Shown here piece after piece: positions 7,941-14,628 of a stretch of DNA of 20,000 nt. The DNA is taken from the IMG/VR virus record IMGVR_UViG_3300048127_000199; one strand, written 5' to 3'. Numbering within the stretch: position 1 is the stretch's first letter; every line of letters begins with the position of its first letter. This stretch comes from an uncultured virus (IMG/VR IMGVR_UViG_3300048127_000199). Its lineage: Duplodnaviria; Heunggongvirae; Uroviricota; Caudoviricetes. The notes under the pieces were generated by a model that had not been told where the DNA came from, did no database searches, and saw only the letters and a program-made list of their open reading frames with translations. Both the position numbers and the translations under genes were made by a program.

Positions 7941-8701
7941 AAATATATTTTAGGCATTACTCAGGAGCAATCACTGAATACGATTATTTATTTTTTGATT
8001 GCATGGCAGAAGTTCCGTTAGACGAAGAAGAGCGAGCTTTGCAGGAAGGATGGTTACCTGATGACTATTTTGCTCCTAAAAATGCAGTAAAATCCCATTG
8101 GTATCAAGCTCGACAAACAAGAATTGATTTAAGCAAATTTATTGATACTCGCAGTAGTCGAAAGGCTAGAAAAAAATGCAAAGATATTGTGGTCAAATAT
8201 ACGAAAGCGAATAAAGCAAATATAGAAATTTTAAAAGATATATTTAATAAATATTTTGAATACAGAAACTTTAAGCCTTGGAAGCTAGAGCCTCTACTAA
8301 GTTTAGAGATTGAGAGAAAACATTTTTTAATTTATTATTTAAATGACGAACCTATTGCTTTTACATTTTTGAGAGATGTCGGAGAGAATAGTGTTTTCTC
8401 AACGCAGTTTGCGTGGAATTATGAAAATCCAAAATTATATTTAGGCAAATATGCAAACCTTGCAGAAATAGACTATTGTATTGCAAATAATAAAGACTAT
8501 ATGTATACAGGAGTAGGGTATGAAAAAGCTTGTATATATAAGTCTGACTACCAAGGGTTTCAATTTTGGAACGGAGAAGCGTGGTCGAATAACACAGAAG
8601 ATTATAAATGGTTATGCGAGAGAGATTCTAAAATTGAAAAAACAAAAGATTTAGATAAAATAAAAAGATACGATGATAAAAATTTTTTTATAAATGATTA
8701 A
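7937..8701 (+). CDS. Ate1/Bpt-like aminoacyl-tRNA-protein transferase (GNAT-type fold)
   Basis: ALQEGW, WYQARQTRIDLSKF, FAWNYENPKLYLGKYANLAEI, YMYTGVGY...CIYKSDYQGFQFW resemble the ATE C-terminal pattern (LG......EI...YLY.GY...M.YK..F). Confidence 0.65.
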   Translation: MKIYFRHYSGAITEYDYLFFDCMAEVPLDEEERALQEGWLPDDYFAPKNAVKSHWYQARQTRIDLSKFIDTRSSRKARKKCKDIVVKYTKANKANIEILKDIFNKYFEYRNFKPWKLEPLLSLEIERKHFLIYYLNDEPIAFTFLRDVGENSVFSTQFAWNYENPKLYLGKYANLAEIDYCIANNKDYMYTGVGYEKACIYKSDYQGFQFWNGEAWSNNTEDYKWLCERDSKIEKTKDLDKIKRYDDKNFFIND

Positions 8702-9146
8702 AGATTATATTGATTATATTTCCCTGCAAAGAAAAAAGATTGGCGGTCATGCGATATGCCCTTTTGCTAAAGCTTTTTTGGATAAAGTGCAAATAATAGA
8801 GTCTACAAACTTTTGGATTGACGCTACAGAATGTATGGAAAATGAAGAGCATCCAATGCTTTACCTTGTATATGGAGACAAGGATAAATATAGCACAGAA
8901 TGGCTTGAAAAATTTTGTCAAATAAATAAAAAGTATTCACGCAGTAAAGATCTTTGGTTAATATGGGATCATCCTGATCAAATAAATAAAATAAATGGAA
9001 TTGAGACAAATAATAAAGAATATGCTATTCTGTTAATACAAAAATTATCTGAATTAAATAAATATTCTGAAAAATTACATAAAACAAATTATTATGAATT
9101 TTGGGATAAGGAATATTATAATAAAATAGTAAAAAGTCGATTATGA
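8694..9146 (+). CDS. DUF1415-like protein (ICPFAK ... DHP motifs)
   Basis: N-terminal ICPFAK, central WDHP, LLIQKLSEL, YYEFW. Confidence 0.5.
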   Translation: MIKDYIDYISLQRKKIGGHAICPFAKAFLDKVQIIESTNFWIDATECMENEEHPMLYLVYGDKDKYSTEWLEKFCQINKKYSRSKDLWLIWDHPDQINKINGIETNNKEYAILLIQKLSELNKYSEKLHKTNYYEFWDKEYYNKIVKSRL

Positions 9147-9176
9147 GTAAAATAGGTGGGATGAAGTAATTTTTTC

Positions 9177-9205
9177 TTGACTTTTCTCAAATAATATGAT
9201 ATATT
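9177..9205 (+). promoter_or_regulatory. sigma70-type promoter TTGACT-N17-TATATT, ATG 7 nt after the -10
   Basis: Intergenic, same geometry as the other promoters. Confidence 0.75.
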
Positions 9206-9212
9206 TATACCT

Positions 9213-9617
9213 ATGTACTTAGGTAGTCAAGAATTAGTTGAATTTTATAATTGCGATGAAGATATTTTAAAAGATTCTGATTTAATAAAAAAAATATTTA
9301 TCGAATCTGCTAAACTAGGTAACGCAAATATAGTTAATAGTCTATTTCATTCTTTCAGTCCTTATGGGGTCACAGGAGTCTTAGTGATTGCAGAAAGTCA
9401 TATGAGTATTCATACATGGCATGAGTTTAATTATTGTGCAGTTGATATATTTTCTTGTTGCGATAAATTAAATAATAAAATTGTTTTAGAAGACTTAAAA
9501 GACAAACTATTCAGTAGTAGATATGAATCAACACTAGTTAATAGGGGGAATAAATATATTATCGAACAAAGTGCAAATAAAAAGTTGACAAATAAGCAAA
9601 AATCTGTCAGAATATAA
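9213..9617 (+). CDS. speD: S-adenosylmethionine decarboxylase proenzyme (canonical ESH)
   Basis: FHSFSPYGVTGVLVIAESHMSIHTWHEFNYCAVDIFSC and C-terminal RG, typical of the short SpeD/SpeH class. Confidence 0.92.
   Translation: MYLGSQELVEFYNCDEDILKDSDLIKKIFIESAKLGNANIVNSLFHSFSPYGVTGVLVIAESHMSIHTWHEFNYCAVDIFSCCDKLNNKIVLEDLKDKLFSSRYESTLVNRGNKYIIEQSANKKLTNKQKSVRI
9585..9613 (+). promoter_or_regulatory. sigma70-type promoter TTGACA-N17-CAGAAT, ATG 6 nt after the -10
   Basis: Embedded in the speD 3' end; fixed spacing to ATG 9620. Confidence 0.7.
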
Positions 9618-9619
9618 GT

Positions 9620-9880
9620 ATGGAGATTAAAAAAGAATTAAAAAACGCAACTTTTATATATGATGACGAGAAAAAAGTATTCACCATTATGGAAGCTGAT
9701 GGCTTTAATGGTTATATTGAATTAAATAAAATTTATGCTTTTTCTTTTATGCGTTTTGTGATTAGAATGGCTCAAAGAAATTGGCTAAAAAGTGCAGATT
9801 CTTTTAATAAAACTGAAGAACTTTTAGGCTCTATTGAAGAGGAAGAAGATGATCCAAATCAACTAGAGCTTTTTAATTAA
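9620..9880 (+). CDS. hypothetical protein
   Basis: 86 aa with acidic tail ending DPNQLELFN. Confidence 0.7.
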   Translation: MEIKKELKNATFIYDDEKKVFTIMEADGFNGYIELNKIYAFSFMRFVIRMAQRNWLKSADSFNKTEELLGSIEEEEDDPNQLELFN

Positions 9881-9899
9881 TAAATAAATAATAAATAAT

Positions 9900-10082
9900 A
9901 TGAATAATCAATCATTCGATATAGTTTGTGCGTCTGAAGTAGAAGAATTTTTCTATGAAGACTCTAATATGCCCGTACCCGAAGGCGAGCCTGTTGGTGT
10001 AGAATTCCATTCTCCAACCAATTCAAACCTAGTTTTATCTAAAGGAGTTTATTTTTCTCACGAAAATCTATTCTTAGATTAA
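9900..10082 (+). CDS. hypothetical acidic protein
   Basis: 60 aa ORF in the tandem gene array. Confidence 0.6.
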   Translation: MNNQSFDIVCASEVEEFFYEDSNMPVPEGEPVGVEFHSPTNSNLVLSKGVYFSHENLFLD

Positions 10083-10089
10083 TTTTTGT

Positions 10090-10118
10090 TTGACAAGCTG
10101 ATCGTTGTGTGCAATGCT
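10090..10118 (+). promoter_or_regulatory. sigma70-type promoter TTGACA-N17-AATGCT, ATG 6 nt after the -10
   Basis: Intergenic TTGACA 35 nt before ATG 10125; the -10 is degenerate. Confidence 0.6.
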
Positions 10119-10124
10119 TATTAC

Positions 10125-10301
10125 ATGATGAAAACAGAATATATCAAACTAACAGACTTGTGGAACGAAGGCGAATACGCTGAAGTAGGAAATATCATTA
10201 ACGAAGAAAATTGGAGTGCGTCAAGGGTTGCTGAATTTTGTGCGTACTTTAATAAATACCTTGGAGTTAATCAATTAAATCTTTTATATAAGTTTCTATA
10301 A
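10125..10301 (+). CDS. hypothetical protein (MMKTEYIKLTDLW...)
   Basis: ORF track 10086..10301; start moved to the first ATG after the promoter. Confidence 0.7.
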   Translation: MMKTEYIKLTDLWNEGEYAEVGNIINEENWSASRVAEFCAYFNKYLGVNQLNLLYKFL

Positions 10302-10302
10302 T

Positions 10303-10689
10303 ATGGATGATTTAAGTAATGAAATAGCTTGGGATAGCTATGAATTCTATACCGAGCAATTATTTAATCTCGAACAGGATCATTTATCAAATATGGACAA
10401 AGTAACAAATGTTTTGCAAGGCGGGTCGTACTGCAACAAGCAAGATCACTTAGAAATATTTAATAAATCCCTTGAAGTAACTGCTCAATTAATAGTATTA
10501 TATAATAAACAACTATCATCTATTCAAGATATGCTAATAACTTTATCTGACGAAAAAGATGAGCAGTTGAAAAATCGAACAATTAATTCTTTAAATGTTT
10601 TGACTCAATGGACAAACGATCTCCGAGATGATACAAATAAGTATAGGCAAGATTTAAATAAACTAATAAAAGAATATGAAGAGAGGTAG
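10303..10689 (+). CDS. hypothetical helical/coiled-coil protein
   Basis: 128 aa ORF in the tandem gene array. Confidence 0.7.
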   Translation: MDDLSNEIAWDSYEFYTEQLFNLEQDHLSNMDKVTNVLQGGSYCNKQDHLEIFNKSLEVTAQLIVLYNKQLSSIQDMLITLSDEKDEQLKNRTINSLNVLTQWTNDLRDDTNKYRQDLNKLIKEYEER

Positions 10690-10897
10690 ACCAAAAGGAT
10701 ATACTCCTTATGTGGAAATTTCCTATGAGGAATTAGCTGATTGGGTTGGCAGGAAAGCTAAAGTAGTTGTCTGTAAAAAATGGCTAGAATCGTTAATGGG
10801 CAAAGAAATTCATATTGGATCAGCAGAAGAGTCTATCGCAGAAAAAGAAGATCAAGAAGAAACTCCAAAGATCGAATATGAAATAACTCATTTTTAA
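10676..10897 (+). CDS. small protein with N-terminal AT-hook-like KRGRPKG
   Basis: MKRGRPKG motif and acidic C-terminus. Confidence 0.65.
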   Translation: MKRGRPKGYTPYVEISYEELADWVGRKAKVVVCKKWLESLMGKEIHIGSAEESIAEKEDQEETPKIEYEITHF

Positions 10898-10899
10898 TC

Positions 10900-10928
10900 T
10901 TGACAATTACTAATTTTAACTTTAGATT
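10900..10928 (+). promoter_or_regulatory. sigma70-type promoter TTGACA-N17-TAGATT, ATG 6 nt after the -10
   Basis: Occupies nearly the whole intergenic gap before the RuvB-like gene. Confidence 0.75.
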
Positions 10929-10934
10929 TATATT

Positions 10935-11867
10935 ATGGACAACAATTATTTCGATGGCTTGATCGGGCAAGAGTGCGTTAAGAAGAAACTATCTTTTTAT
11001 TTAGATGCGTTTCACAAAACAAGCGTTTGCCCATTTCTTAATCTAGTTGGTGCAAAAGGTTTAGGTAAGACTGAATTTGCTAAAGCATTCGCCAAGAATC
11101 TGTATAATAGAAACGGAGGCAAGCGTTCGTTCTTAGAATTGAATTGCTCTACAATTAAAAACAATGAGCAATTTTTTGAGCAAATTTTTCTGCCTTTAGT
11201 AGCGGATAATGAGATCACAATTCTTTTTGACGAATGCCATGCTTTGCCGAAAGATTTAACAATGGCATTTTTAACTATTTTCAATACTGAAACAAATACA
11301 AGAAAGCGTTTTGAGTGGAATGAAATGACATTTGAGTTTGACTTCAGAAAGCAAACCTTTATTTTCGCAACAACAGAGAGTGACAAAATATTTCCGCCAC
11401 TTAAAGATAGATTAACAACAATAGATTTCGATCCGTACTCCCAAGAGGAGATTGGCGAAATTATTAAAATTTGTTGCGGTAATATTTCTTTCTCTGATGA
11501 ATGTATAAATGAAGTAGCCTCGACAATTAGAAGTAATGCTAGGAGTGCTGTAATGCGTTCAAGAGAAATCATGTTATATTGCGAATCTAAAGAGATCGAA
11601 AGATTTGAGTCTCATCACTTTAAAGACTTGCGTGACGCTATCGGTATTTTACCTCTAGGTATTTCTCGGACAGAGAAACAAATTTTGCAAATATTAAAAG
11701 AGTGCGGATCAATTAGCCTCACAGGTCTTTCTGCTAAGTTAGGGCTGAGCAAAACATCTCTGCAAAGAGATCACGAACTTTATTTGCTAGGTAAAAATCT
11801 AATTGAAATTGATGGTAAGCGTAGAATCACTTCAAATGGAATCAAACTTTGTGAGGATTTAGTATGA
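10935..11867 (+). CDS. ruvB: RuvB-like Holliday junction branch migration AAA+ ATPase
   Basis: FDGLIGQE.VK..L, Walker A GAKGLGKT, Walker B LFDECH, FATT, PLKDR arginine finger, C-terminal winged helix (LGI...E..IL...E.YLL...LI....R..T..G). Confidence 0.85.
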   Translation: MDNNYFDGLIGQECVKKKLSFYLDAFHKTSVCPFLNLVGAKGLGKTEFAKAFAKNLYNRNGGKRSFLELNCSTIKNNEQFFEQIFLPLVADNEITILFDECHALPKDLTMAFLTIFNTETNTRKRFEWNEMTFEFDFRKQTFIFATTESDKIFPPLKDRLTTIDFDPYSQEEIGEIIKICCGNISFSDECINEVASTIRSNARSAVMRSREIMLYCESKEIERFESHHFKDLRDAIGILPLGISRTEKQILQILKECGSISLTGLSAKLGLSKTSLQRDHELYLLGKNLIEIDGKRRITSNGIKLCEDLV

Positions 11868-12040
11868 CAAGAGACGAACTTTCACATTTAAGGCAAGAAG
11901 TTTATTCTTTATGGTATAACGCAAAAAATCGCTCCGAAGATAAAAAAACTTATGCTCAGATATTAGAATTGATAGATTATACTTTAGAATTAAAATCCGC
12001 AGTAAAGTCAATCAGAAATCTATACGAAGGATTAGTATGA
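11864..12040 (+). CDS. hypothetical protein (58 aa, MTRDELSHLRQEVYSLWY...YEGLV)
   Basis: Hand-translated; ATGA overlap with the ruvB stop. Confidence 0.7.
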   Translation: MTRDELSHLRQEVYSLWYNAKNRSEDKKTYAQILELIDYTLELKSAVKSIRNLYEGLV

Positions 12041-12108
12041 TGAAAAATCATAATTGGGGCTTGACATTATTGCTTCTTTTGATTATAATATATATTTTAT
12101 GGGAGTAG
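12037..12108 (+). CDS. possible 23 aa single-TM peptide MMKNHNWGLTLLLLLIIIYILWE
   Basis: ATGA overlap with the upstream stop, ends 3 nt before the next ATG, overlaps a promoter. Confidence 0.4.
   Translation: MMKNHNWGLTLLLLLIIIYILWE
12061..12089 (+). promoter_or_regulatory. sigma70-type promoter TTGACA-N17-TATAAT, with GGAG before ATG 12112
   Basis: Perfect consensus; this one appears leadered, with an SD-like GGAG. Confidence 0.75.
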
Positions 12109-12111
12109 AAA

Positions 12112-12330
12112 ATGTTCGAATATAAAATAACTTACAAAAGAAGAGGAGATATGCTATCAAATTCTCATTACTACATGGCTTCAGACGCTAACGAAGCACT
12201 AGGTTATCAAATGGAAATGATTGAGCATAAAAATTGGAACATAGATATATTAAAAATAGAAAAATTTTGTAAATATTCTGAAAAATGGATAGACGAAAGT
12301 GAAATACTAAAAGAAGAAAACAAACAATGA
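12112..12330 (+). CDS. hypothetical protein
   Basis: 72 aa ORF with GGAG upstream. Confidence 0.7.
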   Translation: MFEYKITYKRRGDMLSNSHYYMASDANEALGYQMEMIEHKNWNIDILKIEKFCKYSEKWIDESEILKEENKQ

Positions 12331-12704
12331 AATACTCAAACCTAATCGTAATATTATCATTAATAATGACATTTGGATTTTATAGTCCGAGCGTTTCCAT
12401 AAACCCCAAGAATAAATTTCTTGCTAAAGTCGATGTCAAGCCTCAACAGGTAGAAGTTGATCCCTTTTTTGATAAAGAAATTGATCTTAGTGAGCATCAA
12501 GGTCATATACAAATCAACCCTGTCCCTCACCCTTTTAGCATTTCGGGAGAATATGTAGTTTGGGTTAATGGTAAAAGAGTGAATTTAAATAGGCAAGAAG
12601 TTAAAAATCTTGCCGAATCCTTGAATTTACCACTTACGAAACCTCAAGATACTGCGGAAATTCATTCGGGAATGGGTTGGCAAACTCCATTTGCAATTAA
12701 ATAA
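12327..12704 (+). CDS. hypothetical secreted/membrane-anchored protein
   Basis: N-terminal MKYSNLIVILSLIMTFGF signal or TM; ATGA overlap. Confidence 0.7.
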   Translation: MKYSNLIVILSLIMTFGFYSPSVSINPKNKFLAKVDVKPQQVEVDPFFDKEIDLSEHQGHIQINPVPHPFSISGEYVVWVNGKRVNLNRQEVKNLAESLNLPLTKPQDTAEIHSGMGWQTPFAIK

Positions 12705-12705
12705 T

Positions 12706-13035
12706 ATGTGGAATTATAGAATAATACAATCAAGCGATCAATTATATGGTTTATATGAAACTATATATAACGATGATGGAGAAATATCTGCTCACGCAGA
12801 AGAGCCAGAAGCGATAGGTTCTAGCGTTAAAGACTTATTAGATACTTTAAGATTAATGCTTGACGATGCACAAAAATCATCTTACAATATATTAGAAATG
12901 GATAAAATAAAATTTGCCTCTTTAATAGATGAAAATGAAAAAGAGGAAGCTATCGAGATAGAAGATTTTACTAAACTTATGGGCTTAGACCCAAATAAAT
13001 ATAAAAATAATGATTCAGATAGAGGACTCAAATAA
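12706..13035 (+). CDS. phage hypothetical protein (MWNYRII family)
   Basis: MWNYRII...YGLYE..YN.DG.I pattern recalled from many phages; ATG 12706. Confidence 0.7.
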   Translation: MWNYRIIQSSDQLYGLYETIYNDDGEISAHAEEPEAIGSSVKDLLDTLRLMLDDAQKSSYNILEMDKIKFASLIDENEKEEAIEIEDFTKLMGLDPNKYKNNDSDRGLK

Positions 13036-13210
13036 TGAAAATTACCACATAAATCCAAATAATGTGGTTTATGTTAAAGCAAGAATCGATCCTGTTAAGG
13101 GGGAAAAGTGGTGGAAAATTACTTTTGTTAATGGTGAGCAATTACATACTCGCAATGAAGCGGGAGTTAATTCCATAGTAAATGCAATTAAACTCAAAAT
13201 CAGAGGTTGA
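13010..13210 (+). CDS. hypothetical small beta-rich protein
   Basis: 66 aa, INPNNVVYV...WKITFVNG. Confidence 0.65.
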   Translation: MIQIEDSNNENYHINPNNVVYVKARIDPVKGEKWWKITFVNGEQLHTRNEAGVNSIVNAIKLKIRG

Positions 13211-13319
13211 TTAAAAAGCTAATTAGTAAAAATGTTACATCGACTATAATTTCTCTTTCTAAGAAAAATAAAGTTAGTCCAATAATTACATACAAATTTT
13301 TCTCTAACTCGTTGCTCAC
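13200..13319 (-). CDS. 39 aa hydrophobic peptide MSNELEKNLYVIIGLTLFFLEREIIVDVTFLLISFLINL
   Basis: Hand-translated; its GTG start overlaps the TAG of the upstream minus-strand gene (TAGTG) and it fills the gap exactly. Confidence 0.6.
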   Translation of the reverse strand: MSNELEKNLYVIIGLTLFFLEREIIVDVTFLLISFLINL

Positions 13320-13552
13320 TATTGGTTTATTTTCTCAAATATTTTAACTACATCTTGTCTTCTATCTTCTAAAAGTCTGCTAGTTTGAACCCATCTTTCA
13401 GCATCCCTCGCCCCATTCTTTGCTAAATCGACCTCAATGTCTCTTAATTTGTTAGACATTTTTTCTAATTTCATGCTTTCCCTTTTCAAAAAGAAAGCGA
13501 TCACAGATACCATAACTCCCATTGCGATCATCAATATTTCGTTTATTTCCAT
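13319..13552 (-). CDS. N-terminal TM plus coiled-coil protein (holin/XhlA-like architecture)
   Basis: MEINEILMIAMGVMVSVIAFFLKR then heptads to EDRRQDVVKIFEK; start 13552 lies 9 nt after a GTGTA motif. Confidence 0.7.
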   Translation of the reverse strand: MEINEILMIAMGVMVSVIAFFLKRESMKLEKMSNKLRDIEVDLAKNGARDAERWVQTSRLLEDRRQDVVKIFEKINQ

Positions 13553-13559
13553 ACTAAGG

Positions 13560-13566
13560 AATACAC
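13560..13566 (-). promoter_or_regulatory. GTGTATT motif, GTGTA 9 nt before ATG 13552
   Basis: Minus strand reads ttGTGTAttccttagtATG. Confidence 0.55.
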
Positions 13567-13573
13567 AAAAAAC

Positions 13574-13602
13574 TTGACAGGTTAGATCATGTCCCTTATA
13601 GT
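13574..13602 (+). promoter_or_regulatory. sigma70-type promoter TTGACA-N17-TATAGT, ATG 6 nt after the -10
   Basis: Upstream of uvsE, back-to-back with the minus-strand GTGTA motif. Confidence 0.8.
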
Positions 13603-13608
13603 TATAAT

Positions 13609-14619
13609 ATGTCACAACAAATACTAGGCTTAACTTGCATTAGCGAGCAACTCAAAGAGAAAGACAAAGTTAAATATTCCTTTAGGACTATGACTCGCAA
13701 AAGATTTAATGACTTGTGTAGTTCTCAAGGCAGGGATGAAGCTATCAATCAATTATCTGAAAGAATTTTGCACAATGTTGTTGTTACTCAATATATTGTC
13801 AATCATTGCCATGCCTCGGACATTAGGCATTATCGTCTTAGCTCTGCTCTTTTCCCTCTCCTTACCGATCAGACTTTAGAAATTTCTATGGCAGAATTGC
13901 CTCACAAAGCAAGAATCGAAAAAGGGTTAGAGTTTATAGGTTTAATCGCCAAACGCTTTAATATATCAATAGGATCGCATCCCGATCAGTTTAATGTTCT
14001 TGCGTCTCCCGATAGGGATAAAGTTAATCGCACAATAAATGAACTGAATTTTCAAGCAAGAGTTCTCGATATGGTCGGATTACCTCAAGACCATACTGCT
14101 CCAATGAATATACATATTAATTATTCGCCCAAAGCGGATGAGACGCTAGAAGTTGTTGCTACTAGATTCTTTCGCAATCTTTCTATGTGCGATAGAGGTG
14201 TTTACAATCGAATAACTATTGAGAACGAAGACAAAGGTTTCTTTAATGTAGATAACTGCATTAAATTTAGCGAGTATTTATTTGAAACATTCAACGCAAA
14301 TATTCCTGTTTGTTTTGACAATTTACATCATACTTGCAATCCATCAGAGGAATCATCTATTAAATGGCAAGCCGAGCGTTGTGCATATACATGGGTTAAT
14401 AATGGAGAAGGAGACAATCATTTTATTTCTCCTGTCTTTCATTGGTCAGAGGGTAAACCCGAAAAGCCTCGTTCTCATGCAGACTATGTCGCATTCGGTA
14501 ATTTTCCACCACATATTGCTATTGACCCTCAATATCCTGCAATTTTCGAGGTAGAAACAAAGGCAAAGGATAAAGCTATTAAACTCTTACAAAAACAAAT
14601 GGCAGGGGGGTTAAGCTAA
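13609..14619 (+). CDS. uvsE: UV DNA damage endonuclease (UVDE)
   Basis: YRLSSALFP, HPDQFNVLAS, MNIH, TIENED, FDNLHH, HWSE, HADY, EVETKAKDKA motifs. Confidence 0.92.
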   Translation: MSQQILGLTCISEQLKEKDKVKYSFRTMTRKRFNDLCSSQGRDEAINQLSERILHNVVVTQYIVNHCHASDIRHYRLSSALFPLLTDQTLEISMAELPHKARIEKGLEFIGLIAKRFNISIGSHPDQFNVLASPDRDKVNRTINELNFQARVLDMVGLPQDHTAPMNIHINYSPKADETLEVVATRFFRNLSMCDRGVYNRITIENEDKGFFNVDNCIKFSEYLFETFNANIPVCFDNLHHTCNPSEESSIKWQAERCAYTWVNNGEGDNHFISPVFHWSEGKPEKPRSHADYVAFGNFPPHIAIDPQYPAIFEVETKAKDKAIKLLQKQMAGGLS

Positions 14620-14628
14620 AATCTTGTC

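Noticed and set aside
9143..9169. Mini-ORF MSKIGGMK after the CPFA-motif gene
   Set aside because: Only 8 codons, with no support beyond an ATGA overlap
9876..9899. TAATAAATAAATAATAAATAAT low-complexity tract before ATG 9900 as a T4-type late promoter
   Set aside because: No exact TATAAATA, and such tracts are expected in AT-rich DNA; may only be an unstructured translation enhancer
11853..12040. Similar gene ends GAGGATTTAGTATGA (ruvB) and GAAGGATTAGTATGA (next ORF)
   Set aside because: Short and explained by SD-like AGGA plus ATGA translational coupling rather than a repeat element
13553..13615. ORF-track N-terminal extensions (13615, 10086, 17280, 3210, 6005, 7530, 15806 starts)
   Set aside because: They run through promoter motifs or upstream genes; downstream starts fit the conserved promoter spacing or gene coupling better
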